Assembly: GCA_965214605.1 (NCBI GenBank)
Contig: OZ243961.1
Location: forward strand, 2,208,001-2,272,000
Source of the DNA: an uncultured Candidatus Binatia bacterium
GTDB lineage: Bacteria; Desulfobacterota; Binatia; Bin18
Reading direction: 5' to 3'
Length of the DNA stretch: 64,000 nt
Shown: positions 1-9,730 of the stretch, in pieces
Layout: each line of letters starts with the position of its first letter
Position numbering within the stretch: the first letter of the stretch is position 1
Notes under the pieces: generated by a model
Database searches by the model: none
What the model saw: only the letters and a program-made list of their open reading frames with translations
Told to the model about the DNA's origin: nothing
Position numbers and translations under genes: made by a program

Positions 1-94
1 TGCCCGGCGGCGGGCCTCCCCGCGCAGCTTTCCGCCGGGCTCGGTCTGGGTCAAAACCGTGACAACTTGTGCTCTGGGCTTCAGGTTCGCCGGC

Positions 95-445
95 TTAGTC
101 AATCGGAGAGTGTTCTGAATGGACCGGAAGTCCATGACCGAGGGCTTGCAGGCGATCAGGATGATGGCGGTCTATACCTTCATGATCGTGGCCCAGCGTG
201 GTCAGAGCGATGACGGCGAGCATTTCGCACAGCCCATCCGGCATCTGTACGGATCTGGTGTCGGCGAACTTCCGTCCCCAGCGAATAGAGGATTTTTCGA
301 GCGGCGGTACTCTCCGTGCGAGAGCGGTGGCCATAGCGAAAGCCCAGAAGTCCACCTGGCGCCGGAAGGGAGCTTGCTCCTGGCTAACAGTCCCTTTCTG
401 ATGCTGGAGCACGTACCGTTCGATGGCGTCCGTAGACCTGTTCAA
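95..445 (-). pseudogene. fragment of a small hypothetical protein, possibly partner of an SMC/DndD-like ATPase
   Basis: Protein-like core (PFRRQVDFWAFAMATALAR) directly downstream of a coiled-coil fragment; both ends look disrupted. Confidence 0.3.
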
Positions 446-830
446 GGATTGTGACGACGAGATTCGCCATGCCCTCCGCCGCCCGTTTGTCAGCAGCAGC
501 TCGTTCGTTACGTTGCCGTTGGTCGATCTGCTTCTGGTGGGAATCGATGGTGCTGAGGAGGGCTGGCTGCTGACTCTGGTTGATGGCGATGTTGCTTTGC
601 AGGCGCCCCACTTGGGTCTTCAGCGCCTCGATTTCGTCGCGGATGATCTCTATTCTCTCTGCATCGAGGGCGTCGAGTTTGTTGTCGATATCTCGCTTTT
701 CAAGCGCGAGATTGGCGATCTCCTTAGGGCTAAAATGGCGGGCGGCGAGGCGCCCCAGGGCCAGCCACGGCAAAATTTGTTGCAAACCGCTGGAGGAACA
801 TGGTAGAAGGGAGTCAAGCGATGGATTCAA
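384..830 (-). pseudogene. coiled-coil fragment, SMC/DndD-like ATPase arm
   Basis: Heptad-like stretch EKRDIDNKLDALDAERIEIIRDEIEALKTQVGRLQSNI; no Walker motifs are present, so it is a fragment. Confidence 0.35.
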
Positions 831-1009
831 TAGACGTCAAAGGCCTTCCTGAATCGCTGGCCCGGGCCGTTGAAAGCTTGGTTATTGCCTGGCGGCTGCG
901 GTTCGCGGAGCAAAACGGCGAACCGCAGCCGCCCGCGGCCTTGCCCGAGTGGAAAGGGAAGGCCGTAGGCAGCCTCAGCCGTGACGAAATCTACCGAGAG
1001 ATCGGCTGA
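800..1009 (+). CDS. small antitoxin-like protein (VapB-type)
   Basis: 69 aa, GGAGG RBS at 792-796, C-terminal SLSRDEIY motif, overlaps the start of a PIN-domain gene. Confidence 0.6.
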   Translation: MVEGSQAMDSIDVKGLPESLARAVESLVIAWRLRFAEQNGEPQPPAALPEWKGKAVGSLSRDEIYREIG

Positions 1010-3317
1010 CCTCGCTCTCTTGGACACCAACGTCCTCGTCGGTGCTCTGCTCACCGACGATTACCGCTACCCGACCGCGCGCCCTTTACTTGAGCAGGCC
1101 CACCGCAGCCAGGTGGGCTTTTGTCTTGTGCCGCAAGTGCTCGCGGAATTTTACGCGGTCATAACCAATCCGCAAAAAGTGACCGCGGTGAAAACCTCGG
1201 CGGAGGCGGTCGAGGCGGTTCGCGCCTTGTTAGCCTACCCCGGTCTTCGTCTGCTGTTTCCTCCGGTCGATAGTGTTGAGCGCTGGGCCGATCTTTTAGC
1301 CCGGCACCCGGCGACGGGCCCCCGGTTTTTCGATGTTCAGCTTGTGGCCGCGATGCTTGGAAACGATGTGCGAACTCTTTACACCTACAACGTCTCCGAC
1401 TTTGAGCCGTTCACACGCATTGCAGGCATAGAGGTCATCGACCCGCGCCGCAGCGTCCCGGGGGGTGGAAGAAAGGGAATGGCGGAAAAGCCGACAGGAC
1501 CGAGAGAGATAGGGGGAAGGCGGGGGGAGCGGACCTCAACGAGAGAATCAGGTCCGCGCCGGCCGTCAGCCGCCCCTCCTGGGTTGGTCTGCCGCCGGTT
1601 ACCGGATTCGGGGCAGTGGCAGGTTCTTCTATCCGCGGATGATGAATGCCGAATCACGGCAGTGAAGCTCGATGGGAGACTTCTGGACATGGTGAACCAC
1701 GAGTGCTGTCTGCCAGCACTCACCGGCCGCCTGACTATTGAGTTCCGGGACGAAGGGAAGAAGGAGGTATCGTTGTTCGACGATAAACCCCTGATCTTCA
1801 AACTGCCGAAGAATTGGGTCGGGGAAGGTCACAGAATCGCTGCTCTCACGAAGGGATACTTCGTTGTCATCGTGCCGAACGAGTGGGAACGAACAGGTCA
1901 TGTACCTGTTGAACCTGAAGGTTGCACGGATACCGATTTCAGAGCGCACTATTTCTTCTGGGACGGAGGAGATGCCGGGGAGGACGTCGGCGGCTTCAGG
2001 CAGCGTGACATCATCCCAACCCCATCTGGATTCGAACTGACCGGTCAGCGTGTTTTCGACAATTCCACAGACGGCGATCTGTTCTCCGGGGCTGTTCCAA
2101 ATCTAGAATTATCGTCAAACGTCGCTTGGGTCCGCGTCGGCGAGGAAAAGAAAGGGGGGTGGAAAGGCGAAAATTTCAAACCCACTGAGAAAACCCTTCC
2201 CGAAGTCTTGAATGGGCGTTACGGGCGATTTTTCATCCGGGTTTACGATTCCCAAAGACACTTGCTCGACAGCGGCGCGTTTCGATATCTGCGTGATCTC
2301 AAGCAGATTCTCGTAAATGGAGAACCGTTTGCCGAGACAACCCTTCTCGTCCCTTCCCCGACCGGACATCCATCAACCAAGGTAAGCGTTATCGGCGTTG
2401 ATGGTACAACCGTCCGCCTAATCTCGCCGCACGCAGAAGTCCAAGGCGGCGATCTCGTCATTGATCCGCGTCCAGACGCGGACTGCGTCCGCTGCACTTT
2501 GGCATCCGAGGCCGGCTGCGTCGACACCGTATTGGAGCTGCCTCGTATCTGGTGGTGTGTCGCGCGAGACGAGAGTAGCTCCGGCGAGTGGCGCGACACC
2601 CCTCTAGAGATGACGCGACAGGAATTCCGCGAACACGCCTATGCAAAGGCGACGGTCGTGCTGCGATTCCCGCGACGAATCAAGTCGGTTCAGGTCGGGT
2701 TTGATGATGAATCGTCTCAGGTGAGTCGGAAGGGAGAAAAGGACATAGCAATTCCTTTGAGGGATTTCGTCGACTGCAGGCAGATCACCCGACGATTGCA
2801 TGAAGATGCCTCGTTCAACGTCAGATGCGCCGGAGAGATAGTGACCCCCATCCGGGTGTCTTCCGACCCCGTTCCCGAGATCGTCTCTTTCACGGCGGAG
2901 CCGGCGACGGTGAACACGGGGGAGAAAGTGATCTTGCGGTGGGCCACCCGGAATACGGAGGCCGGCCACGGTGTGATCGAGCCTGAAGTCGGAGGAGTCG
3001 AATCCAGTGGGTACCATGAGGTCACGCCCCTCGAGACCGTGACCTACACGCTGAGGCTGACTGCTTGTGACATGGACGATGTGACAAAGACCGTTGTCGC
3101 GACCGTTAACCCCCCCTCGCAGCCGGATGAAAAACTAATTGCTCAGGTGAGGATAGGCAAAAGACGGAGAGACGGCAGAGGATTCAGTAACGGTGAACTT
3201 CGGGACGCAGGCTTGCGGAAGGGCGACGCGGCTCTCCGATTGATCCCCATCGACAAACGCCGACGAACCGTCCATCGGGGCAACGTGGAGAAGCTGAGGA
3301 AGATGATTCATGGCTGA
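981..3317 (+). CDS. multidomain protein: PIN (VapC-like) RNase, unknown central region, Ig-like domain, C-terminal eL13-like domain
   Basis: PIN motifs LLDTNVLV, VLAEFY, FFDVQLVA, YTYNVSDF. Ig-like PEIVSFTAEP..LRW..VTPLETVTYTL. C-terminal GRGFSNGELRDAGL..IPIDKRRRTVHRGNVEKL. Alternative in-frame ATG at 1479 preceded by AAAGGGA. Confidence 0.8.
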   Translation: MTKSTERSADLALLDTNVLVGALLTDDYRYPTARPLLEQAHRSQVGFCLVPQVLAEFYAVITNPQKVTAVKTSAEAVEAVRALLAYPGLRLLFPPVDSVERWADLLARHPATGPRFFDVQLVAAMLGNDVRTLYTYNVSDFEPFTRIAGIEVIDPRRSVPGGGRKGMAEKPTGPREIGGRRGERTSTRESGPRRPSAAPPGLVCRRLPDSGQWQVLLSADDECRITAVKLDGRLLDMVNHECCLPALTGRLTIEFRDEGKKEVSLFDDKPLIFKLPKNWVGEGHRIAALTKGYFVVIVPNEWERTGHVPVEPEGCTDTDFRAHYFFWDGGDAGEDVGGFRQRDIIPTPSGFELTGQRVFDNSTDGDLFSGAVPNLELSSNVAWVRVGEEKKGGWKGENFKPTEKTLPEVLNGRYGRFFIRVYDSQRHLLDSGAFRYLRDLKQILVNGEPFAETTLLVPSPTGHPSTKVSVIGVDGTTVRLISPHAEVQGGDLVIDPRPDADCVRCTLASEAGCVDTVLELPRIWWCVARDESSSGEWRDTPLEMTRQEFREHAYAKATVVLRFPRRIKSVQVGFDDESSQVSRKGEKDIAIPLRDFVDCRQITRRLHEDASFNVRCAGEIVTPIRVSSDPVPEIVSFTAEPATVNTGEKVILRWATRNTEAGHGVIEPEVGGVESSGYHEVTPLETVTYTLRLTACDMDDVTKTVVATVNPPSQPDEKLIAQVRIGKRRRDGRGFSNGELRDAGLRKGDAALRLIPIDKRRRTVHRGNVEKLRKMIHG

Positions 3318-6300
3318 TGCAAACGACATTCAGTCTTGGCCGGAGGAGATCCGCCAACGTTACGAGAACTACCTGAAGACCTCCTTTTTCTTCAAGAGCC
3401 CCGACCTCCGGGCCGCGTTCCGGGCCGCGTTGCAGAAAGAGGACAGTCTGCTGAAAGGCCCGTATCCCGAACCGGCGCGGGACTTCGAGAAGGGATTGAG
3501 CGCCCCGGCATTGGCGCGGGAGTGCTTCTCGGACGGGAGCAAAGGTCTCCTTCCCGCACTGATCAACGATCGGTTGTATGCGCATCAGGAACGCGCTGTC
3601 CGCGCCACGCACCTCGAAGGCCGCAATATCGTCGTCGCCACCGGTACTGCCAGCGGCAAGACCGAGAGTTTTCTCTACCCGATCCTGTTCGAGCTGTATC
3701 GCCAAAATCTTGCAGGGGAACTCGAAGACCCGGGGGTGCGGGCCGTGATCCTGTACCCGATGAACGCGCTCGCCAACGACCAACGCGAGCGCCTCGGCCA
3801 AATCCTCCAGACGTTGTGCGAGACCGCATCGGAGTTCCAACCGACGTTCGGACAGTACATCGGCCAAACACCCCAAGACGCCAGGGACGAGCGGCGCAAC
3901 GCCGCCGCGCGGGAAGAGGAACGCCTGCCCGGAGAACTCATCTTCCGCGACGAGATGCGGAGCACGCCGCCCCACATCCTGCTGACCAACTACTCGATGT
4001 TGGAATATCTGCTTATCCGCCCGGCCGACAGTCCCCTGTTCGACGGCGGCCGGGGGGCGCGCTGGCAGTTCATCGTGCTCGACGAAGCGCACCAGTACCG
4101 GGGCGCCAGGGGCATGGAGATGGGCATGTTGATCCGGCGCCTCAAGCAGCGGTTGCGCGACGGGGGACGGCAAGGTCCGTTCCGCTGCGTCGCCACCAGC
4201 GCGACCATTTCCTCCGGCGAACACGAGGACGACAAGCAAGTGGTTGCCGAGTTCGCGCAGGAACTTTTCGGAGAGCCTTTTTCGACGTCCGGCATCATTT
4301 TCAGCAAGTCGCAGACGGCCGCCGACAGGCCTCCGCGACGCTATCACGCCTTCCTGCGCGCGCTTGAGGGAGCGTTTCTCGTGCACAGGGACGGCGCGGA
4401 TGTCGTGGTGCTCAACCGCAAAAGCGAAAGTAGGAACGGGGCCATTGCGAAGCCGTTGGAAATCGCCCTGTGTCGCGAATGCGGTCAACACTACTACGTC
4501 GGCCGGGAACGGGGTAGAAAGCTGGAAGAAGCCATCCGCGATCCCAGCCATCCCGACTTCGGGGTGGAGTACTACCTACCGGTGGACGCCGGGAACGAAC
4601 TGCTGCTGTGCAGGCGCTGCGGCGTGCTCTCCAGGTCTACGCCGACATGCGATTGCGGGGCAGCGATTTCCGTCAAGAGGTGTAAATCCGACCCGGCCCA
4701 TGCCGATCAACTGAAGAAATGCGAGGCCTGCGGCTATCAGCGCGGCGGCATCGGCGACCCGGTGCAGGAGATCGTTCACGGTTCGGACGGACCCAACACT
4801 GTCATCGCCACCGCCCTGCATGAACTGCTGCCGGAAAACAGGCGCAGGGTGCTTGCGTTCGCCGACAGCCGCCAGGAGGCGGCGTTCTTCGCCTGGTACG
4901 CAGAGGACTCATACAAAAAACTGCGCGATCGCAATTTCATCCTGCGCGCCTTGACCGCGGAACCGATCAACGCGGAGGGCTTGTCCATCGACGATCTCAG
5001 AAACCGGCTGCGCAAGCAGTGGGAGGAAGCCGGCCTGGTCGGCGCGGAGCAGACCGGGGAACAGAGAGATCGGCAGGTGCTGACGTCGATCCTGCGGGAG
5101 GCGTTGACAGACGAGAAGAGATTGTCGTTGAGCGGCGTTGGCTTGGTCAAGTGGTTCGTCGGGCTTCCCGACGATTTGAATTTGCCGGATGCCATGGGGC
5201 AGCCGCCGTGGAATTTCACGGATGACGAGGCGCGCCGCCTGATCGGATACCTGTTGGACGAGTTGCGCCCGCATCGCGCCGTGAATTTGCCGGAAGGTGC
5301 CGGAACGCCTACATGGAAGGATATCTCGCCCCGGCCGCAGTGGTCTTACGCTATCGGGCGGCCTCGCGGACGAAAGCATGTCTCCCAATGGGGTGCCCCC
5401 ACATCTGCGCTCGTGACACATTTCCTTTGCCGGTTACTCTCGGACAGCGGCCTGTCCGATGACCGGAAGAAATCGGCAGCGACGGAGCTCATGGAAAAGG
5501 TGTGGCGCGCATTACAGCAACAGACCGACGCCCCCGTCCTTTCGCCCGGAAAGGCTAACGGCACCTTTCGACTGAACCCGAACTGGTTGCGGATTAAGCT
5601 CGCCGAGCTTCACGAGATCTGGGAGTGCGATACCTGCGCGGCCTTGGCCGCCTACAACGTTCGCGGCGTCTGTCCTCGAAATCGTTGCCCCGGCACCCTG
5701 AGATGCGCCAACCAAGAGCGCCTTAAGGAAAACCATTATCGACTCCTTTACGAAAACACCGACCTGCCCCCCAAGCTGAGCGCGGAAGAACATACCGCGC
5801 AGATTGACAGCGACGAGGCGCGCCGAAGGCAGGACAAATTCAAGAAGGGCCGTATACACCTTCTCAGTTCCTCCACCACATTCGAGATCGGTGTCGACCT
5901 TGGGGACTTGGAGGCCGTGTTTCTCCGCAACGTGCCGCCGGAATCGTTCAACTACGCCCAGCGCGTCGGACGGGCGGGACGACGGGAAACTCCCGGCCTG
6001 GCGCTGACCTATTGCCGCCGCAATCCGCATGACCTGTATCACTATGAGGAGCCGCTCAAGCGGGTGGTCAACGGCGGATTGCATCCGCCACGCCTGCGGA
6101 TGACGAACGAAAAAATCATCCTACGGCACATGGTCGCCACTGCCCTGTCCGCGTTCTTCGGGAAGAATGCGGTGCGCTTCGAAAAGGTGGAATGCTTCGT
6201 CGGAGAGTGGTCGAGTCCCAGCGCCGCGTCCGAACTGAAGACGTTTTGCGAGAACAACGGCGGATTGAGGGAGGCATTGTGCCAGATCGTGCCGGAGAAC

Positions 6301-7542
6301 ATGCACGGCCAAGTTGGACTCCGGGACGATATCTGGGTTGACCGTATTGCGGGACCTGGGAGCCCTTTGGCTGATATGGAAGCGGAAGCCTGCGCGGATT
6401 ACCGCGGGATGGAGAAACTCAGAGGGAAGTATTTCGATGAAGGCAAAGATAGCTATGTCAACCGTATTCGCAGACGCATGGAGACCATCGCCGCCGAATC
6501 AACTCTGAATTTCCTTTCCCGGAAAGCCGTTATCCCGAAGTACGGGTTTCCGGTGGATGTCGTCGAACTCGAGATTCGTTCTGGAGACGGCAATCCACCT
6601 GGCGTTGCGCTCCAGCGGGACTTGTCCCAGGCCATCGCCGAATACGCGCCCGGCGGCAAGGTGGTGGCCAACAAACAAGAATGGGAATCCTGCGGCGTGA
6701 AGGCGCTTGCGGGGAAGACATGGCCTGTCCGGCGTTACCAATACGACGACGCGCGGAATTTTACGCAACGGCCTGAAGATGATCAGTCCGGATCGTCCGG
6801 GGAATGGAAGAAGTATCTCATCCCGGCGTTCGGTTTTGTAACGCCGCTTTCCAGGAACCGCCCCTCGGAGCCGCATGGACGCGCGCGGCGCTGGTATACG
6901 ACCCGGCCGTTTTTCTGCGGCTTCGGAAAGGATGCACGGCCTGAAACGAAGACCGTCCTGGGCGTACAAGTGACCAAAGCCTTGCCTGGCACCTTGGTCA
7001 TCCTCTGCGAGGGCAGAAAGAGAGGCGGTTTCTATATCTGCCGTTACTGCGGGGCCCACATGACGGAACCGAAAGCCAAGCACAAGTCCCCCTTGGACTT
7101 CGAGTGCAAGGGCACCTTGGAACGATTCTCGCTCGGTCACGAACTGGTCACGGACGCGGTGCGCCTGCAGTTTCCGCAACTGTGCGGCCAGTGGGACGCT
7201 TACTCCGTTGCTTATGCCGTCCTGCTCGGCGCGGCGGAGACGCTGGATGTCCCGGATACGGACCTGAATGTGACGATAACCCGCGGTGACAATCCGGGCG
7301 ACGCCGCGATCGTGCTTTATGACAACGTGCCGGGGGGCGCCGGACTTGTGGCGCAACTGGAGCGGGAGGGTGTCTTCGGTGAAGTACTCCGCAGCGCACG
7401 AGAGCGGGTGCGGGGCAATTGCGGCTGCGACTCAAGCTGTTATGGGTGCTTGCGCAGTTACCGCAATCAGTTTGCCCACTCGCATCTGCACCGCAAGCAA
7501 GCGTTGGATGTCCTGAGTTCGAATAACCGAAACGAGCCCTGA
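3310..7542 (+). CDS. DEAD/DEAH-box SF2 helicase with C-terminal DUF1998 Zn domain (Druantia DruE-like)
   Basis: Motifs ATGTASGKTE, YPMNALANDQ, TNYSMLEYLL, LDEAH, TSAT, FEIGVDLG, QRVGRAGRR; several CxxC pairs; YDNVPGGAG..CGCDSSCYGCLRSYRNQ. 8-nt overlap with the upstream gene. Confidence 0.93.
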   Translation: MADANDIQSWPEEIRQRYENYLKTSFFFKSPDLRAAFRAALQKEDSLLKGPYPEPARDFEKGLSAPALARECFSDGSKGLLPALINDRLYAHQERAVRATHLEGRNIVVATGTASGKTESFLYPILFELYRQNLAGELEDPGVRAVILYPMNALANDQRERLGQILQTLCETASEFQPTFGQYIGQTPQDARDERRNAAAREEERLPGELIFRDEMRSTPPHILLTNYSMLEYLLIRPADSPLFDGGRGARWQFIVLDEAHQYRGARGMEMGMLIRRLKQRLRDGGRQGPFRCVATSATISSGEHEDDKQVVAEFAQELFGEPFSTSGIIFSKSQTAADRPPRRYHAFLRALEGAFLVHRDGADVVVLNRKSESRNGAIAKPLEIALCRECGQHYYVGRERGRKLEEAIRDPSHPDFGVEYYLPVDAGNELLLCRRCGVLSRSTPTCDCGAAISVKRCKSDPAHADQLKKCEACGYQRGGIGDPVQEIVHGSDGPNTVIATALHELLPENRRRVLAFADSRQEAAFFAWYAEDSYKKLRDRNFILRALTAEPINAEGLSIDDLRNRLRKQWEEAGLVGAEQTGEQRDRQVLTSILREALTDEKRLSLSGVGLVKWFVGLPDDLNLPDAMGQPPWNFTDDEARRLIGYLLDELRPHRAVNLPEGAGTPTWKDISPRPQWSYAIGRPRGRKHVSQWGAPTSALVTHFLCRLLSDSGLSDDRKKSAATELMEKVWRALQQQTDAPVLSPGKANGTFRLNPNWLRIKLAELHEIWECDTCAALAAYNVRGVCPRNRCPGTLRCANQERLKENHYRLLYENTDLPPKLSAEEHTAQIDSDEARRRQDKFKKGRIHLLSSSTTFEIGVDLGDLEAVFLRNVPPESFNYAQRVGRAGRRETPGLALTYCRRNPHDLYHYEEPLKRVVNGGLHPPRLRMTNEKIILRHMVATALSAFFGKNAVRFEKVECFVGEWSSPSAASELKTFCENNGGLREALCQIVPENMHGQVGLRDDIWVDRIAGPGSPLADMEAEACADYRGMEKLRGKYFDEGKDSYVNRIRRRMETIAAESTLNFLSRKAVIPKYGFPVDVVELEIRSGDGNPPGVALQRDLSQAIAEYAPGGKVVANKQEWESCGVKALAGKTWPVRRYQYDDARNFTQRPEDDQSGSSGEWKKYLIPAFGFVTPLSRNRPSEPHGRARRWYTTRPFFCGFGKDARPETKTVLGVQVTKALPGTLVILCEGRKRGGFYICRYCGAHMTEPKAKHKSPLDFECKGTLERFSLGHELVTDAVRLQFPQLCGQWDAYSVAYAVLLGAAETLDVPDTDLNVTITRGDNPGDAAIVLYDNVPGGAGLVAQLEREGVFGEVLRSARERVRGNCGCDSSCYGCLRSYRNQFAHSHLHRKQALDVLSSNNRNEP

Positions 7543-8285
7543 CCCCCGGGCCGTCGCCGACAGCCGTCAACACTTCGTCCAGGTGCCGGTAGTCCCCATC
7601 GGGTCAATTCCAACAGAGGTAGGTAAACTCTCACAGCAATTTGCTTGCTGACGGCTTTTTGATACCGCGTTTTTTTCATCCAATTGTGAAGATTAGCTTC
7701 GGTGGTGTTGTAACGCTCAGAGATAAATTTCTGCGTTGAGCCGTTCGCCAGTAGCGCTTCGATTTCAGGGCGAAACGCATCCAGTTTGCTTTTCCCCGGC
7801 CCTTTAGGGCGACCGAGTTGCATGCCGGCCGCTTTTTTGACTCGGAGCGCTTCGATGGTGCGCTGCGAGATCAGATCACGCTCAATTTCGGCGGCCATCG
7901 AGAAAGCCATCGCAACGACCTGGCTGTGAATGCTCCGATCAAGCTGCCAGTTGCCCTTGACGGCATAACCCGCAATACCGCGCTCTAACGCGATGGACAA
8001 GATCTCCATACACTCCAGCATGCTGCGCCCAAGGCGTGACAGCTCACTGACGACAATCGCATCGCCTTTCTGACACACTTCCAGCAGTTGAGCGATTTTT
8101 CGCTTTTTCCACGACACCCGGTCTGAGACCGCCTCTTCGACAAATTCCACGCGGCCCAAATCGTGGGTATTGGCCAGCTTCAGGATATCGGCCTTGTTCT
8201 CTGCTACATCTTGATCGGCAGTTGACACCCCCAAGTACCCCATCGCCTTGGCTTGTGATGGAGTTTTTTTGGTGCGTCGGGTCAT
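7467..8285 (-). pseudogene. serine resolvase of a Tn3-family element, degenerate
   Basis: YLGVSTADQD (R to G in the YxRVST motif), ELSRLGRS, AEIERDLISQRT, LGRPKG, C-terminal HTH that runs on past its expected end. Confidence 0.8.
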
Positions 8286-8421
8286 AATTCGAAGCAAACC
8301 ACTATTTTCGTATTAAACAATAATAGTGGTTGTCTTTTTATCAATGAGTTTGGTTGAAGATATCCGCTCCTCAAAACGTTCGTTTTCCCGATAATTTTAG
8401 CCGCCGGCGCAAGGGGATGCT

Positions 8422-8960
8422 ATGCCGAGGATGAAAATACTCAGCACCATCGAACAAGAGACCTTTGACACACCGCCGCTGTTCAATAGCGCCCAGCGCA
8501 AGCAGTATTTTGATGCCTCGCTGCAAATCCAACAGATTGCCAATGGGTTACGCACACCGATCAATCGGTTGTATTTTCTACTGAGCCGCGATTATTTCAA
8601 AGCGACCAAGCGCTTTTTTCCAGCGCGGACATTTCACTCACGCGATATTGAATATGTCGCCTCCCGAGACGGGCTTGCGTTTGTTGAACTCGCCCTCAGC
8701 CAAGCAGAAAAACAGGAACAAGAAACCGCCGAGGGCTGCAAACGATTGATCAAAAACTGTATCACCTGCTGGAATTATCTGTACCTGAGTCAGAAACTGA
8801 CCGAAGCCAAAGAGGAGGAAAAACGACAAATCCTACTTCACGCCATCGCTAACGGTTCCGTGGTGTCCTGACAGCACTTCAACCTGCTTGGCGAGTCCGA
8901 TTTCTCGGAAGAAAAACTGCAGGATTCCGTCGGAATTAAGCCCCCAAAGTTGACCACTTC
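8422..8960 (+). pseudogene. Tn3-family transposase, internally deleted
   Basis: N-terminus (MPRMKILS..PPLFNSAQRKQYF) joined directly to C-terminus (RLIKNCITCWNYLYLSQKL..SVVS*QHFNLLGE); stop at 8869-8871; divergent from the resolvase. Confidence 0.85.
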
Positions 8961-9150
8961 AATCAGCATGAATCTTGGGAGGCGTAAAAATAAGTCGGGG
9001 CACCATCGAAAGCGGCCATTTGCCGAAGCAGTGCGGACTCGCAATGGCGACAGCGGTCTGCTTCGGGCCCACTTCAGACCTCATTGATAGTCGCAGCATC
9101 CTTTGCGACGGGTGGTGGGAGAGCTACAGGGGAATATTTGGCGGTAGGGG

Positions 9151-9189
9151 CGTACCGTAAAAAATTTTTCCGTTGCTCAGAAAAGGCCT
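9151..9189 (-). repeat. Tn3-family terminal inverted repeat
   Basis: Reverse complement AGGCCTTTTCTGAGCAACGGAAAAATTTTTTACGGTACG resembles the 38-bp Tn21/Tn3 IR pattern (AACGGAAAA..ACGxTAAG); lies downstream of tnpA. Confidence 0.55.
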
Positions 9190-9195
9190 AGTGGC

Positions 9196-9687
9196 CTACT
9201 CCGTCAAGTTTGCCACCCTTTGGGTAAGAGCTTCATTCGCTCTGGAATAGGCAGGCTCAATCCAATCGGAATTCCAGAACCAGAGGAACGCGCCACGATC
9301 GACCTCGTGCTGCGTGACTTTCGTTCCGCCATCGACAGGCTCCAGCAGCCAGCGGTGGTCGAATGTGATGATGCCGTGCATGCCGCCGGTTTGGCGCAGT
9401 TCCCGGTTGGGCGTGAGTGTTCTCACGGTGGTCGTCATCTCAAGGATCTTACCCGTGGGCTCTTTTACCTTGCTTGGCAATTTGGCACCAACTTCGTATT
9501 GGCCATCGACCTGGACGACAGTCGGATTCCAGTCCGGGTAGCTTTCGGTATCCATCAAGACAGCCCAGACATCCTCCGGCGGGGCCGGAATGATGATCTC
9601 AACATGGAAGGTCTTGGTCGTCAGCAGCGAAGCGACTGCAAGCACAACAACGATCGGCAAGCCGAACTTCAAGATTGTCCAAAACAT
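9196..9687 (-). CDS. SRPBCC (polyketide cyclase/dehydrase) family protein
   Basis: IIIPAPPEDVWAVLMDTESYPDWNP..FDHRWLLEPVDGGTKVTQHE; N-terminal hydrophobic segment. Confidence 0.85.
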   Translation of the reverse strand: MFWTILKFGLPIVVVLAVASLLTTKTFHVEIIIPAPPEDVWAVLMDTESYPDWNPTVVQVDGQYEVGAKLPSKVKEPTGKILEMTTTVRTLTPNRELRQTGGMHGIITFDHRWLLEPVDGGTKVTQHEVDRGAFLWFWNSDWIEPAYSRANEALTQRVANLTE

Positions 9688-9730
9688 GGATCAGTCCCCG
9701 GTATATGTTTGGTGCTGCCGGATTGGCTCG

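Noticed and set aside
3184-4551. 455-aa antisense ORF
   Set aside because: Shadow of the helicase gene, with no motifs.
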